Positions 29,183 to 38,369 of a stretch of DNA of 64,000 nucleotides are shown here, piece after piece. The stretch spans positions 139,304-203,303 of the forward strand of contig CAZIDX010000001.1 of the NCBI GenBank assembly GCA_964538435.1. The letters run 5' to 3'. Made by a program: the position numbers and the translations under genes. The notes under the pieces are model-generated. The model was not told where the DNA came from. It did not search any database and worked only from the letters and a program-made list of their open reading frames with translations. This DNA comes from an uncultured Gammaproteobacteria bacterium. GTDB lineage: Bacteria; Patescibacteriota; Patescibacteriia; UBA9934; GWF2-40-263. Position 1 is the stretch's first letter, and every line of letters starts with the position of its first letter.

Positions 29183-30034
29183 ATGACAGCCAAAAAACTT
29201 CTCATCACAAAAGGAAACGGGCAGGTTGTTCCATTTGAAAAAAACAAACTTGCCGCAACCCTTCAACGTGCTGGAACCGACAAAAAAACCATCCAGGAAG
29301 TGCTTCGCGTAATTCAACCGAAAATCAAGCACAAGATGAAAACCTCGCAAATTGCTCAGATGGTTCATTTCGAGCTTGAGCAGCGCAAACCCTGGGCAGC
29401 AGCCAGACTCAATCTTCGTGACGCCATCCGCAACCTTGGTCCAGCTGGATACAACTTTGAAAAATACGTCGCCTCAATCCTCAATGCATACGGTTACAAA
29501 GCCGAGACTCCGCACGAACTCCAGGGCGCCTGCGTAAAACACGAGGTAGACGTTACAGCAGAAAAAGACGGACGCACAGCCTTTATCGAAGCAAAGTTCC
29601 GCCACGATTTCCGCGGAACAGTCGCTGTCAAAGACACACTTGCCACCTGGGCGCGCTTCCTTGATCTCGTAGACGGCTCAAACGTTGGTCTCTGCCAGCA
29701 CTTTGACGAAGCCTGGATCGTCACCAATGCACGCTTTACTGATCAATCTCTCAAATACGGACACTGCAAAAACATGATGCTTATCGGCTGGAACCACCCC
29801 CGAGAGCGCACCTTTGCCAGCATGGTTGATCAGCAAACCCTCTACCCTATTACCGTCATGAAAGACCTCACAAAGAAAGAGATAGAAGCACTAGCAAAAG
29901 CCGACCTCATGCTCTGTCGCGACCTAGAAAGCTTTGATCTTGACCAACTCCGCAGCAAAACCGGTCTTTCTGCCAAACGAATGGATCAAATCGCCCACAC
30001 CTGCTCAGACATTATTCACGGCGACAGAGGTTGA
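29183..30034 (+). CDS. ATP-cone domain fused to a PD-(D/E)xK (Mrr-like restriction-endonuclease fold) domain
   Basis: N-terminus LLITKGNGQVVPFEKNKLAATLQRAG is ATP-cone-like. The core HEVDVTAEKDGRTAFIEAKF matches a D...E-x-K nuclease motif. Confidence 0.5.
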   Translation: MTAKKLLITKGNGQVVPFEKNKLAATLQRAGTDKKTIQEVLRVIQPKIKHKMKTSQIAQMVHFELEQRKPWAAARLNLRDAIRNLGPAGYNFEKYVASILNAYGYKAETPHELQGACVKHEVDVTAEKDGRTAFIEAKFRHDFRGTVAVKDTLATWARFLDLVDGSNVGLCQHFDEAWIVTNARFTDQSLKYGHCKNMMLIGWNHPRERTFASMVDQQTLYPITVMKDLTKKEIEALAKADLMLCRDLESFDLDQLRSKTGLSAKRMDQIAHTCSDIIHGDRG

Positions 30035-30231
30035 CAAAATGCCAGTTTTTCTCTATTCTTCCCTTGCTGAACAATCAACAAACCTCATTATGCCAGGAAA
30101 AAGAAAGCAAATCCGTGACAAATGGAAAGCTGATCGAAAGACACAGCTCGCAAACAACCGCCGAAAAAAGGCGATTCGTATCACTAAAGGAACTGATAAA
30201 ACCGCGAGCTAATCGCGGTTTTCGGATATCT

Positions 30232-31179
30232 ATGAAATCTACAAAACTTGCACTTATCCTAGGAGGACTAGCGCTCGTCGTATCCGGTTGTGGATTCAAC
30301 CAATCACCGACACCTGCTGAAACCGATTCTTCAATATTTTCACCTGTTGAATCACTTGTTGCAGAGCCGTCTGACACACTCCCCGGGCAAACAGCTCATC
30401 AGAAATCTCTTATGACAGCGATTTCATATGACGGACTCAACTTCGTACCAAACGATGGCTGGGTTGCTGATCAAGCACATGCACCTGACGCAATCATCAA
30501 AGACGGAAAGATCTATCTCTACTACTCAGGCTGGCTCGTTGGAAGAGAACTCAACAAAACAGCTCTAGCCATCTCAGAAGACAATGGAAAGACCTGGACA
30601 CATCACCACCTCACATTCATTGACAAGTACGTAACTGACGCACTTAATCCAGACGTTGTTCTCCTCGATGACGGCACCATCCGCATGTTCTTCAATGCTC
30701 TCAACGGATCAGAAACTGCCGTCTTCTACGCCGACAGCACAGACGGAATCACATTCACCTACAAAGCAGCTGTTGGAGGAGATGACGAACAGCTTTTTGC
30801 AGACGCAACAACAACCGTCTTTAACGGAGCGTGGAAACAATACATTCAAGGTGCAGACGCAACAGAAATCATCTTGTTCGAAGGCGAGCAAAGCGACCGC
30901 CTGCAATACACAGGAATGACCGCCTTCCCACCAAACGGCACACCTCACTACCCACTCAATGGCTATTGGGTGGAAGACAAGTACCACATGCTCCTAATCG
31001 ATCCTGACACAATGGAAATGCGCTCCATGCGCACTGAAAACGGATCAGACTGGTACTCAGTTGACGGTCTCCGAATAGAACCTTCCGAAAACGGAACAGC
31101 AGTAACAGATGCAACCGTAGTGCAACTCGATGATGGTACATACCTGATGATATACGCGCTCTACCACTCAGAAGTTTAA
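30232..31179 (+). CDS. Secreted lipoprotein with beta-propeller-like repeats (GH43/BNR-sialidase-like fold)
   Basis: Signal peptide plus lipobox LVVSGC. Recurrent blade-like motifs DGKIYLYYSG, DGTIRMFFN, DGTYLMIYA. Confidence 0.45.
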   Translation: MKSTKLALILGGLALVVSGCGFNQSPTPAETDSSIFSPVESLVAEPSDTLPGQTAHQKSLMTAISYDGLNFVPNDGWVADQAHAPDAIIKDGKIYLYYSGWLVGRELNKTALAISEDNGKTWTHHHLTFIDKYVTDALNPDVVLLDDGTIRMFFNALNGSETAVFYADSTDGITFTYKAAVGGDDEQLFADATTTVFNGAWKQYIQGADATEIILFEGEQSDRLQYTGMTAFPPNGTPHYPLNGYWVEDKYHMLLIDPDTMEMRSMRTENGSDWYSVDGLRIEPSENGTAVTDATVVQLDDGTYLMIYALYHSEV

Positions 31180-31218
31180 TCAAACAAAAAACTCTCCGGA
31201 CTTCCGGAGAGTTTTTGA

Positions 31219-31824
31219 TTATTTAAGAGTTCCTTCAAGGATATGCTCATCAGGCGCCGGATCACCATCATCTGGCTCAAGAGTCAGTACGTAGAAATCA
31301 TGATCTGAATAATCTGTAGGTGACATGAACACATTCACATAGACATCATTTACCAACTCAGCCTTTCCTGTGCTGATTGCACTAAACGCATCTCCGCGCC
31401 TAACCACCCATCCTTCGTAAAAATACCCTTCACCTGGCACAGGTAGATTTCCCATCTCAACAACAAGTGAGTATTTTCCATCTGCAAATATTGCATGCGC
31501 CAATCCATAACTTCCACCACCTGTCACATCAGCAAGTGCTGCAGAGCTCCAGTTGCTAAAATCCTGCTCAAGAGCAGCAGCAAGATCACCCACAGGCTCA
31601 CTCACACTGTCAATAATGGCTTCCTTCATGAATTCTGACTCATCGTCCCCCATGATTAGCCCATTTTCCTTTGCATCAAGCAAAATCGCATCACGATCAA
31701 TCACAACCTCACCTGAAGCATCTGTTGTAACAACATCAGCGCCACGCGAGCATCCAAATCCCACAACCAAGAGCAAGGCTGCAAGACCGACGATTCCACT
31801 AATTGTAAAAGCTTTCTTTGTCAT
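31219..31824 (-). CDS. Secreted/lipoprotein of unknown function
   Basis: Signal peptide with lipobox GFGCS. No recognisable motifs. Confidence 0.4.
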   Translation of the reverse strand: MTKKAFTISGIVGLAALLLVVGFGCSRGADVVTTDASGEVVIDRDAILLDAKENGLIMGDDESEFMKEAIIDSVSEPVGDLAAALEQDFSNWSSAALADVTGGGSYGLAHAIFADGKYSLVVEMGNLPVPGEGYFYEGWVVRRGDAFSAISTGKAELVNDVYVNVFMSPTDYSDHDFYVLTLEPDDGDPAPDEHILEGTLK

Positions 31825-31880
31825 AATGTCTTCATTCAGTGCCCAATTATAAACGCAAATACACAAAAATGACAATACGG

Positions 31881-33143
31881 TTACGAATCTTCGCTAAGAT
31901 ATCGGCGTTTTTTTAGCCTCTTTGGCAAATACTCTTGATGAGCATCTTCGGGAGCAAACCTTGGTGTGTATTTATACCCCTTTCCATAACCCAAATTCTT
32001 CATAAGTTTTGTGGGTGCATTACGTAGATGAAGAGGAACAGGATCATTCTGAGTTTCCTGCACATCCTGCTGCACACGCATATACCCACTGTAGAGCGCA
32101 TTGCTCTTCTTTGCCTGCGCCAAATACGCAACAGCCTGCGCCAAAATCACATTGCACTCAGGCATCCCAATAAAGTGACAAGCCTGATACGCAGCAACAG
32201 CTTGCTCAAGCGCACGCGGATCAGCAAGCCCAATGTCTTCTGAGGCAAAACGCACAAGCCGTCGCGCAACATAAAGTGGATCTTCTCCACCCTCCAGCAT
32301 CCGCCCAAGCCAATAAAGTGATGCATCAGCATTGTTTCCACGCATTGATTTGTGCAGCGCTGAAATAATATTGTAGTGCTCCTCCCCTCCTCTATCGTAC
32401 AAAAGATGTGTCCGTTGCAAAGCTTCCTCCACAGACTCTTTATCCACCACAACCTTCCCGTCACCATCAAACGCCTTAACAGCCATCTCAAGGGCATTTA
32501 GAGCCGTCCTGGCGTCTCCATTAGCCATAATAGACAAGTATCTCACTGTCTCATCATCAACCGTGATCTCCAACCGTCCAAGCCCCATATCCCGATCCTC
32601 AGCGGCTCTGCGAATAAGCCTCTCGATATCCTCAGGCTCAAGCGCATTCAAAACAAACACTCGACATCGAGACAAAAGCGCGGCATTCACTTCAAACGAT
32701 GGGTTCTCAGTTGTTGCTCCAATGAGCGTAATCGTTCCATCCTCCACATGAGGCAAAAACGCATCCTGCTGCAACTTGTTAAACCGATGAATCTCATCAA
32801 TAAACAAAATCGTTGGTTGCTGTCGATACTTATCCCGATCAATCGCCTCAGCCACAATCCGCCGAACATCCTTCACGCTTCCCTCAACTGCACTAAACTT
32901 CACAAAATGAGCCCCGGTCGCATCTGCTATGATCTGCGCCAAAGTCGTCTTCCCAGTCCCGGGCGGACCCCAAAACATCATGGACGGAATCTGATCACTG
33001 TCGATCAGCCTGCGCAAAACCTTCCCAGGAGCAATCAAATGCTGCTGCCCTGCATACTCATCAAAAGTACGAGGTCGCATCCGATCCGCAAGCGGAGCCG
33101 CACGCTCCCGACGTTGTTGCCTTTTGTGTTCAAAGAGATCCAT
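31881..33143 (-). CDS. rarA: Replication-associated recombination protein A (RarA/MgsA, AAA+ ATPase)
   Basis: MMFWGPPGTGKTTLAQ Walker A, a DEIHRFNK Walker B/sensor region, and a C-terminal MgsA helical domain. Confidence 0.85.
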   Translation of the reverse strand: MDLFEHKRQQRRERAAPLADRMRPRTFDEYAGQQHLIAPGKVLRRLIDSDQIPSMMFWGPPGTGKTTLAQIIADATGAHFVKFSAVEGSVKDVRRIVAEAIDRDKYRQQPTILFIDEIHRFNKLQQDAFLPHVEDGTITLIGATTENPSFEVNAALLSRCRVFVLNALEPEDIERLIRRAAEDRDMGLGRLEITVDDETVRYLSIMANGDARTALNALEMAVKAFDGDGKVVVDKESVEEALQRTHLLYDRGGEEHYNIISALHKSMRGNNADASLYWLGRMLEGGEDPLYVARRLVRFASEDIGLADPRALEQAVAAYQACHFIGMPECNVILAQAVAYLAQAKKSNALYSGYMRVQQDVQETQNDPVPLHLRNAPTKLMKNLGYGKGYKYTPRFAPEDAHQEYLPKRLKKRRYLSEDS

Positions 33144-33200
33144 ACACGCCGAGTATAACAAAATCCCGGACTTACCCGGGATCTGCATTTTTGTCAAGTG

Positions 33201-33851
33201 TCACTTAATGACTTTCAATGTTAAATCAGACCAATGAGGTTTTAAGATATGCGCCCAAATCACGACACTGAGCAGCGCACAGAAAAAACACCACACTGAG
33301 GTAAATGTGAGAGTATAAAACGTCCAAGACACCCACGCAGCTATACCAGTAAGCACACCAAATAACTTCAAGAATGGATGAGTAGCTATGAGAAACGATC
33401 CAACCGTTCCAGCAATATAGATCGCAATCCCAATCGTCTCAAATGGGATATCGATTCTGTATTGAATGCTGCCACCAACCTCAACTACTTCAAGAGGATT
33501 GATAAAAAGCGAGATAAGTAAATACAATGAACCAACCAACCCAAAAAACACAAACACCTTGAGAATCTTTTTTCTCTTCTTATTTATCTCATGCATGTAA
33601 CACGCCAGTGGGATATAGAGCGGCCAAAACAAAAATGCAAAGAACAAAAACATATACGCCGCCACCAAACTGTGCCAGGTATACGCCGGTAGCACCCATA
33701 CCAACCCTTCAAAAAACTGTTGGAAGGCGAAAATGAACGGTATTGTCGCAAGGATCACGTCTTGTTTTGTTCTGGACCGACTCATGGTGTGAACACCAGC
33801 CGCCCCAAGCACGGCACTTGCTGTAAAACTCGCTGCTGCAGAAAAACACAT
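33201..33851 (-). CDS. Multi-pass membrane protein
   Basis: 216 aa with about six TM helices. Confidence 0.4.
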   Translation of the reverse strand: MCFSAAASFTASAVLGAAGVHTMSRSRTKQDVILATIPFIFAFQQFFEGLVWVLPAYTWHSLVAAYMFLFFAFLFWPLYIPLACYMHEINKKRKKILKVFVFFGLVGSLYLLISLFINPLEVVEVGGSIQYRIDIPFETIGIAIYIAGTVGSFLIATHPFLKLFGVLTGIAAWVSWTFYTLTFTSVWCFFCALLSVVIWAHILKPHWSDLTLKVIK

Positions 33852-33946
33852 AGTAAATTCATTATATCAACAACCAACCGTTGACAGAAACGAGCCGTAG
33901 TAGCAAGGTCTAAGCGGACAGCAAAAGCAAACCCTCTGGAGATACC

Positions 33947-35041
33947 ATGATGTCTGGAGAATTCAACCAACATGGTGGTCTCACACTCGTTGGACTGCGC
34001 GGGTACGAGGCTCTCATCAACACCGTCAAGGACCTCATCGAAACCAAGAGTGGCAACGATGGAGGGAAGACCCCACACACCCCCGTGGACATCGTCCGCC
34101 CCGAGATCAAGCGCTTCGCAAACGGCGAACCTGATGTCCGCCTGCGCAAGCAACATGTCGGTGGTCATGACATCGTCGTAGTGACCTCGGGTCCTGGCAC
34201 AAACGACATGATCATGGAAACACTCTGGGTACTCAACCACCTGGCAGCACATCGCGCATCGCGCATCATGCTGGTGACTGGGTATTTTCCACTCAGCCGA
34301 TCCGACAAGGACGAAGCTGAGGTGCGTCTGACCACTCCACCCATGGTGATCAACTGGTTCAAGATGGCTTCCATGCACCCCAATGGTAAGGACTGCCTAC
34401 TCTGTCGTGTGGTCTGTGCTGACCCGCACAGCGTCCAGCTCACTATGGCCGGAGACTCTGGGTTCATCACCCCGATCTTCTTGACCCGGCGCCTGCTTCG
34501 CCCCACCATTACGGACGCTCTCGAGCAGAACAAGCGCATTGCCCTGGCATTCCCAGACAACAGCGCTGTCGCTCGATTCGAGCCCGCCATTCTCAAGGTG
34601 CAGAAGTCCCTGGACATCGAAATTCCCATCGTGGTCGCAATCAAGCGGCGAGACATGCTCACAGGCAAGTCCACGCTCGTGGGAATGCAAGGAGACCTGG
34701 AGAATCTCGAGGGATCTCTGGTTATCATGTGCGACGACGAGATCGACACCGGTGGCAGCATCATGAACATGGCCACGCTTCTCAGGGACATGTACAAGGT
34801 CGACTCCGTGTGGGCCGCTGTCATTCATGCCGTGTTCAGCGACCCGGCTCCACAACGCTTCATGTTCGCGGACTCACCCGTGGATCGCGTTCTTGCTATG
34901 AACACGATCCCGCACAACAACCGTTCCGAGATCGCCCCTCTGATCGAGTGTGGACGACTGAACATGTATCCCTGGCTCGAAGATCTGGCCTGGTTGATTC
35001 TCATGCACCACTGGAAGGTGGGCATGCGAGAAGCCCGCTAG
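33947..35041 (+). CDS. Divergent ribose-phosphate pyrophosphokinase (PRPP synthetase, Prs) homologue in a G+C-rich cassette
   Basis: SGPGTNDMIMETLWVLNHLAAHRASRIMLVTGYFPLSRSDK aligns with E. coli Prs [42 protein letters not shown]. The C-terminal PRPP-binding loop LVIMCDDEIDTGGS is present. GGAG RBS. The terminator ends GGTTTTCTCATAATTTG. Confidence 0.6.
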   Translation: MMSGEFNQHGGLTLVGLRGYEALINTVKDLIETKSGNDGGKTPHTPVDIVRPEIKRFANGEPDVRLRKQHVGGHDIVVVTSGPGTNDMIMETLWVLNHLAAHRASRIMLVTGYFPLSRSDKDEAEVRLTTPPMVINWFKMASMHPNGKDCLLCRVVCADPHSVQLTMAGDSGFITPIFLTRRLLRPTITDALEQNKRIALAFPDNSAVARFEPAILKVQKSLDIEIPIVVAIKRRDMLTGKSTLVGMQGDLENLEGSLVIMCDDEIDTGGSIMNMATLLRDMYKVDSVWAAVIHAVFSDPAPQRFMFADSPVDRVLAMNTIPHNNRSEIAPLIECGRLNMYPWLEDLAWLILMHHWKVGMREAR

Positions 35042-35131
35042 AACAAAACGACCCGCTTCTCTCTGAGAACCGGGTTTTCTCATAATTTGACATTAGACAA
35101 ACTCACAAAAAAACGAGAGAATGTGATTATT

Positions 35132-36250
35132 ATGTCTCAAAACATCCAAAAAAACATCGACAAACTTCTCGATGGTACAGGAATCAAAATCAACGGCTCA
35201 AATCCCTGGGACATCCAGGTGACCAATGACCGTTTTTACAAACGCGTTCTCACCAAAGGATCTCTTGGCTTTGGAGAGAGCTACATGGACGGCTGGTGGG
35301 AGTGTGATCAAATCGACGAGCTTATCAATCGCATCATGAGCCACAACGTACGCAAGCGCCTCAAATCCAACTGGCCTACTGTTGCGCTCACACTCGCTTC
35401 CATCCTCATCAACAGGCAAAAAGGATCACGATCTTTTCACATTGGAAAAGCCCACTACGACGCAGGCAATAAACTTTACAATCTAATGCTCGACAAAAAC
35501 CTTGTCTACACCTGCGGATACTTCAAAGACACAGACTCACTAGACGTCGCGCAAGAACAAAAACTCGATCTCGTTTGCCGCAAGATTGGACTCAAGCCTG
35601 GAGATCGAGTGCTCGACATTGGTTGCGGCTGGGGAAGCTTTGCAAAATTTGCTGCAGAAAACTACGGCGCACATGTCACAGGAATCACAGTCTCAAAAGA
35701 ACAACTTGCTCTAGCAAAAGAACGTTGTAAGGGTCTACCAGTCGACCTGCGCCTTCAAGACTACCGTGAGGTTGATGAGACATTCGACCACATTGTCTCA
35801 CTAGGGATGGTAGAACACGTTGGATACAAAAACTATAAGACCTACATGAAAGTTGCAGCACGCTGCCTCAAAGACGACGGCCTCTTCCTTCTCCACACCA
35901 TTGGATCACGACACTCAGGCCGCACAACAGACCCATGGATTGAGAAGTACATCTTCCCAAACTCAATGCTCCCATCGCTTGCCCAGCTCACTCAAGCCGC
36001 AGAAGAACACTTCCTCATCGAGGACGTACACAACTTTGGCCCAGACTACGACAAAACACTCATGGCCTGGTTTACCAACTTTGACACACACTGGGACGAG
36101 CTAAAAGACGACTACGACGAGCGTTTCTACCGCATGTGGAAGTATTACCTCCTAGCCTGCGCTGGCTCATTCAGATCAAGAAGCAATCAACTCTGGCAAA
36201 TCGTCCTCTCAAAAAACGGCGTCCCAGGAGGCTACACATCAATTCGATAA
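35132..36250 (+). CDS. cfa: Cyclopropane-fatty-acyl-phospholipid synthase (SAM-dependent)
   Basis: VLDIGCGWG SAM motif I and the CFA-synthase-specific C-terminal motifs (YKYYLLACAGSFR). Confidence 0.85.
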   Translation: MSQNIQKNIDKLLDGTGIKINGSNPWDIQVTNDRFYKRVLTKGSLGFGESYMDGWWECDQIDELINRIMSHNVRKRLKSNWPTVALTLASILINRQKGSRSFHIGKAHYDAGNKLYNLMLDKNLVYTCGYFKDTDSLDVAQEQKLDLVCRKIGLKPGDRVLDIGCGWGSFAKFAAENYGAHVTGITVSKEQLALAKERCKGLPVDLRLQDYREVDETFDHIVSLGMVEHVGYKNYKTYMKVAARCLKDDGLFLLHTIGSRHSGRTTDPWIEKYIFPNSMLPSLAQLTQAAEEHFLIEDVHNFGPDYDKTLMAWFTNFDTHWDELKDDYDERFYRMWKYYLLACAGSFRSRSNQLWQIVLSKNGVPGGYTSIR

Positions 36251-36296
36251 ACAAAAAACACTCTCGCAACAACGAGGGTGTTTTTATTATGTCGAT

Positions 36297-36743
36297 CTAC
36301 TCAAAATCAATCGCGCTTACCAAACTTCCTTTTTCAACCTCATCAAAAACATGTTGGTAATAATCAATAAAATCATGCGGATAATCATCTACCGAACACC
36401 ACACAAGCTCACTACACTTCTCAGGCTCAGTATTTTGTGGCTCCCCCTCCCAATCTGAGCAATGAAAGAAGCAATCAATCCGCTCATGATCTCCACAATG
36501 CCGATGCAGCACATGCTTGCAATCAAGATGCTCAACTTTAACTTTTACACCAACCTCCTCCATAGCCTCGCGCTGCATCGCGCGAAAGACACTCTCCCCA
36601 CCATCAACATGCCCAGCTGGAAGTCCAAGCTCGTTATCTTTGTACCCTGTGTTCTGCCTCCGTAGAGCCAAAAACCGCCCCTGATCATCAATCATGATCA
36701 AGTAGACTGAAACGATCATTTTGTACTTATCTTTCCAGCTCAT
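36297..36743 (-). CDS. Nudix hydrolase
   Basis: Nudix box GHVDGGESVFRAMQREAMEEVGV. Confidence 0.8.
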   Translation of the reverse strand: MSWKDKYKMIVSVYLIMIDDQGRFLALRRQNTGYKDNELGLPAGHVDGGESVFRAMQREAMEEVGVKVKVEHLDCKHVLHRHCGDHERIDCFFHCSDWEGEPQNTEPEKCSELVWCSVDDYPHDFIDYYQHVFDEVEKGSLVSAIDFE

Positions 36744-37309
36744 AGTTCAATTTCGTCAGAGATGCTTTGCATCGCCCGAATCGTGACCTCGAAAAACTTA
36801 GATCGCTCCATACCGATCTTCTCAATGTCCGCGATAAACTCTCGTGACACATTTGCAGCAAAGTGATTTGTTTTAAACTTTTTGTTAAGTGAGCTCGGCT
36901 TCATACCCTCAAGATTCTGTGGTCGCATGAGTGCGTACGCGTAAATAAGCCCAGTGACACTCTCACCAGCAGCTAGAGCATAATCAAGCCGACTTTCACG
37001 CTTCACACCCGTGAAATTCTCATTATGAGACGAAATCGCATGCGCCATCTCCGCAGAAACCTCGAACCCCTCTTCTTTTAGAATCTCAAGCACCCGAAGT
37101 CCATGCTGCTCATGATTCTCCTGCGTCTGCTCCCAATCAAGGTCATGCAAGAGCCCAGCAATTCCCCACTCTTCCTCGTTCTCTCCAAGCTCCTTAGCAA
37201 GCTCACGCATCACAACTTCACTTTCACGAGAATGCATTCGATTGTTTTGATCCTGCAAATTCTTCTCTACAAGCTCCCAGGCTTTTTCTCTCATTGTTTG
37301 CATACGCAC
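36740..37309 (-). CDS. HD-domain phosphohydrolase
   Basis: H...HD motif (GIAGLLHDLD) plus downstream His/Asp positions. The stop overlaps the Nudix start. Confidence 0.6.
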   Translation of the reverse strand: MRMQTMREKAWELVEKNLQDQNNRMHSRESEVVMRELAKELGENEEEWGIAGLLHDLDWEQTQENHEQHGLRVLEILKEEGFEVSAEMAHAISSHNENFTGVKRESRLDYALAAGESVTGLIYAYALMRPQNLEGMKPSSLNKKFKTNHFAANVSREFIADIEKIGMERSKFFEVTIRAMQSISDEIEL

Positions 37310-37396
37310 TCCAGTATAGCACTTTGTATTTTTGAGTAGACAAATACTGATAAAAACGAAATAATACGTACATATAAACCATCATCTTTTCAATCT

Positions 37397-38329
37397 ATGT
37401 TTAAAGGCGACTCAGGCGTTCCTTTCCATGAAATCATGGACAAACAGGAGCCAAAACACCAATTAAACGAACAACAACTAGAGCGAATCGAACATTTGAG
37501 AGAGATAATAGAAACGCCTGCAAGGGGCGAACAGAATGATTGGAAAAAAAGATCAGCAAAACAAATCCTCGAAACAATGGAGTCTCCAGAATTTGCTGAG
37601 GAAGTAAAAAAATACGAAGAACTCATGCGCAAACTCGCTGCTATACAAAAGATCTACGGGAAGAACGATGTTTATTCTCATGTTTCGCTTGCATCGTATG
37701 ATTTGGCAAAACTCGTACAAGTCCGTACACGTGATGAGTATGACCAAGTGAGACCAGAAATTAAACAAGTAGATATTAAGTTGTTCAAAGAAATCTTCGG
37801 TGCTGACCCGCTTGACCGCCCATTTGGCACACCAAGACCAACGGATAACCCCATGTTTATACAAGGGACTCATGTAACAAGTGAGCGAGGTCCTTCTGTA
37901 CCAAATTTCCAACTTGACATAGATTCTTTTGAAAAAATGATCTCAGAAATGGATGAGGCAGAAGCTCAACAAATCGTAAATCGAGAGCTCGACATCGTAA
38001 GAAAACACCTCAACGGAGATGAGGTTGATGAAGACGTTGATTCACATTTGAGTGCTACAAGTGAAGCGTTTTTCTCTTATATTAAACAGGTTGATGATAT
38101 ACCGGGCGTATACTTCCGCACAGCTTCATTCGGATACAAAAACAGTCCTCCATGGTTTATTGTAGCAACAGAGTTTGGTGGTGAAAGAGGTGTTGAATGG
38201 AAATTAACTTTCAATCCAGACAAAAAAGTTTTTGTTCAAAACAAACCACCTACACAAAAAAACGAAGAACCTGTTGAGCTTGCACTTGAAATGATCCCCG
38301 AATTCTTCATGCATAAAGTAAACGAATAA
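37397..38329 (+). CDS. Hypothetical protein (310 aa)
   Basis: Complete low-GC ORF followed by the terminator aaaatgccccacaaggggcatttttt. No recognisable motif. Confidence 0.45.
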   Translation: MFKGDSGVPFHEIMDKQEPKHQLNEQQLERIEHLREIIETPARGEQNDWKKRSAKQILETMESPEFAEEVKKYEELMRKLAAIQKIYGKNDVYSHVSLASYDLAKLVQVRTRDEYDQVRPEIKQVDIKLFKEIFGADPLDRPFGTPRPTDNPMFIQGTHVTSERGPSVPNFQLDIDSFEKMISEMDEAEAQQIVNRELDIVRKHLNGDEVDEDVDSHLSATSEAFFSYIKQVDDIPGVYFRTASFGYKNSPPWFIVATEFGGERGVEWKLTFNPDKKVFVQNKPPTQKNEEPVELALEMIPEFFMHKVNE

Positions 38330-38369
38330 ATCCGATAGCAAAATGCCCCACAAGGGGCATTTTTTGTTT

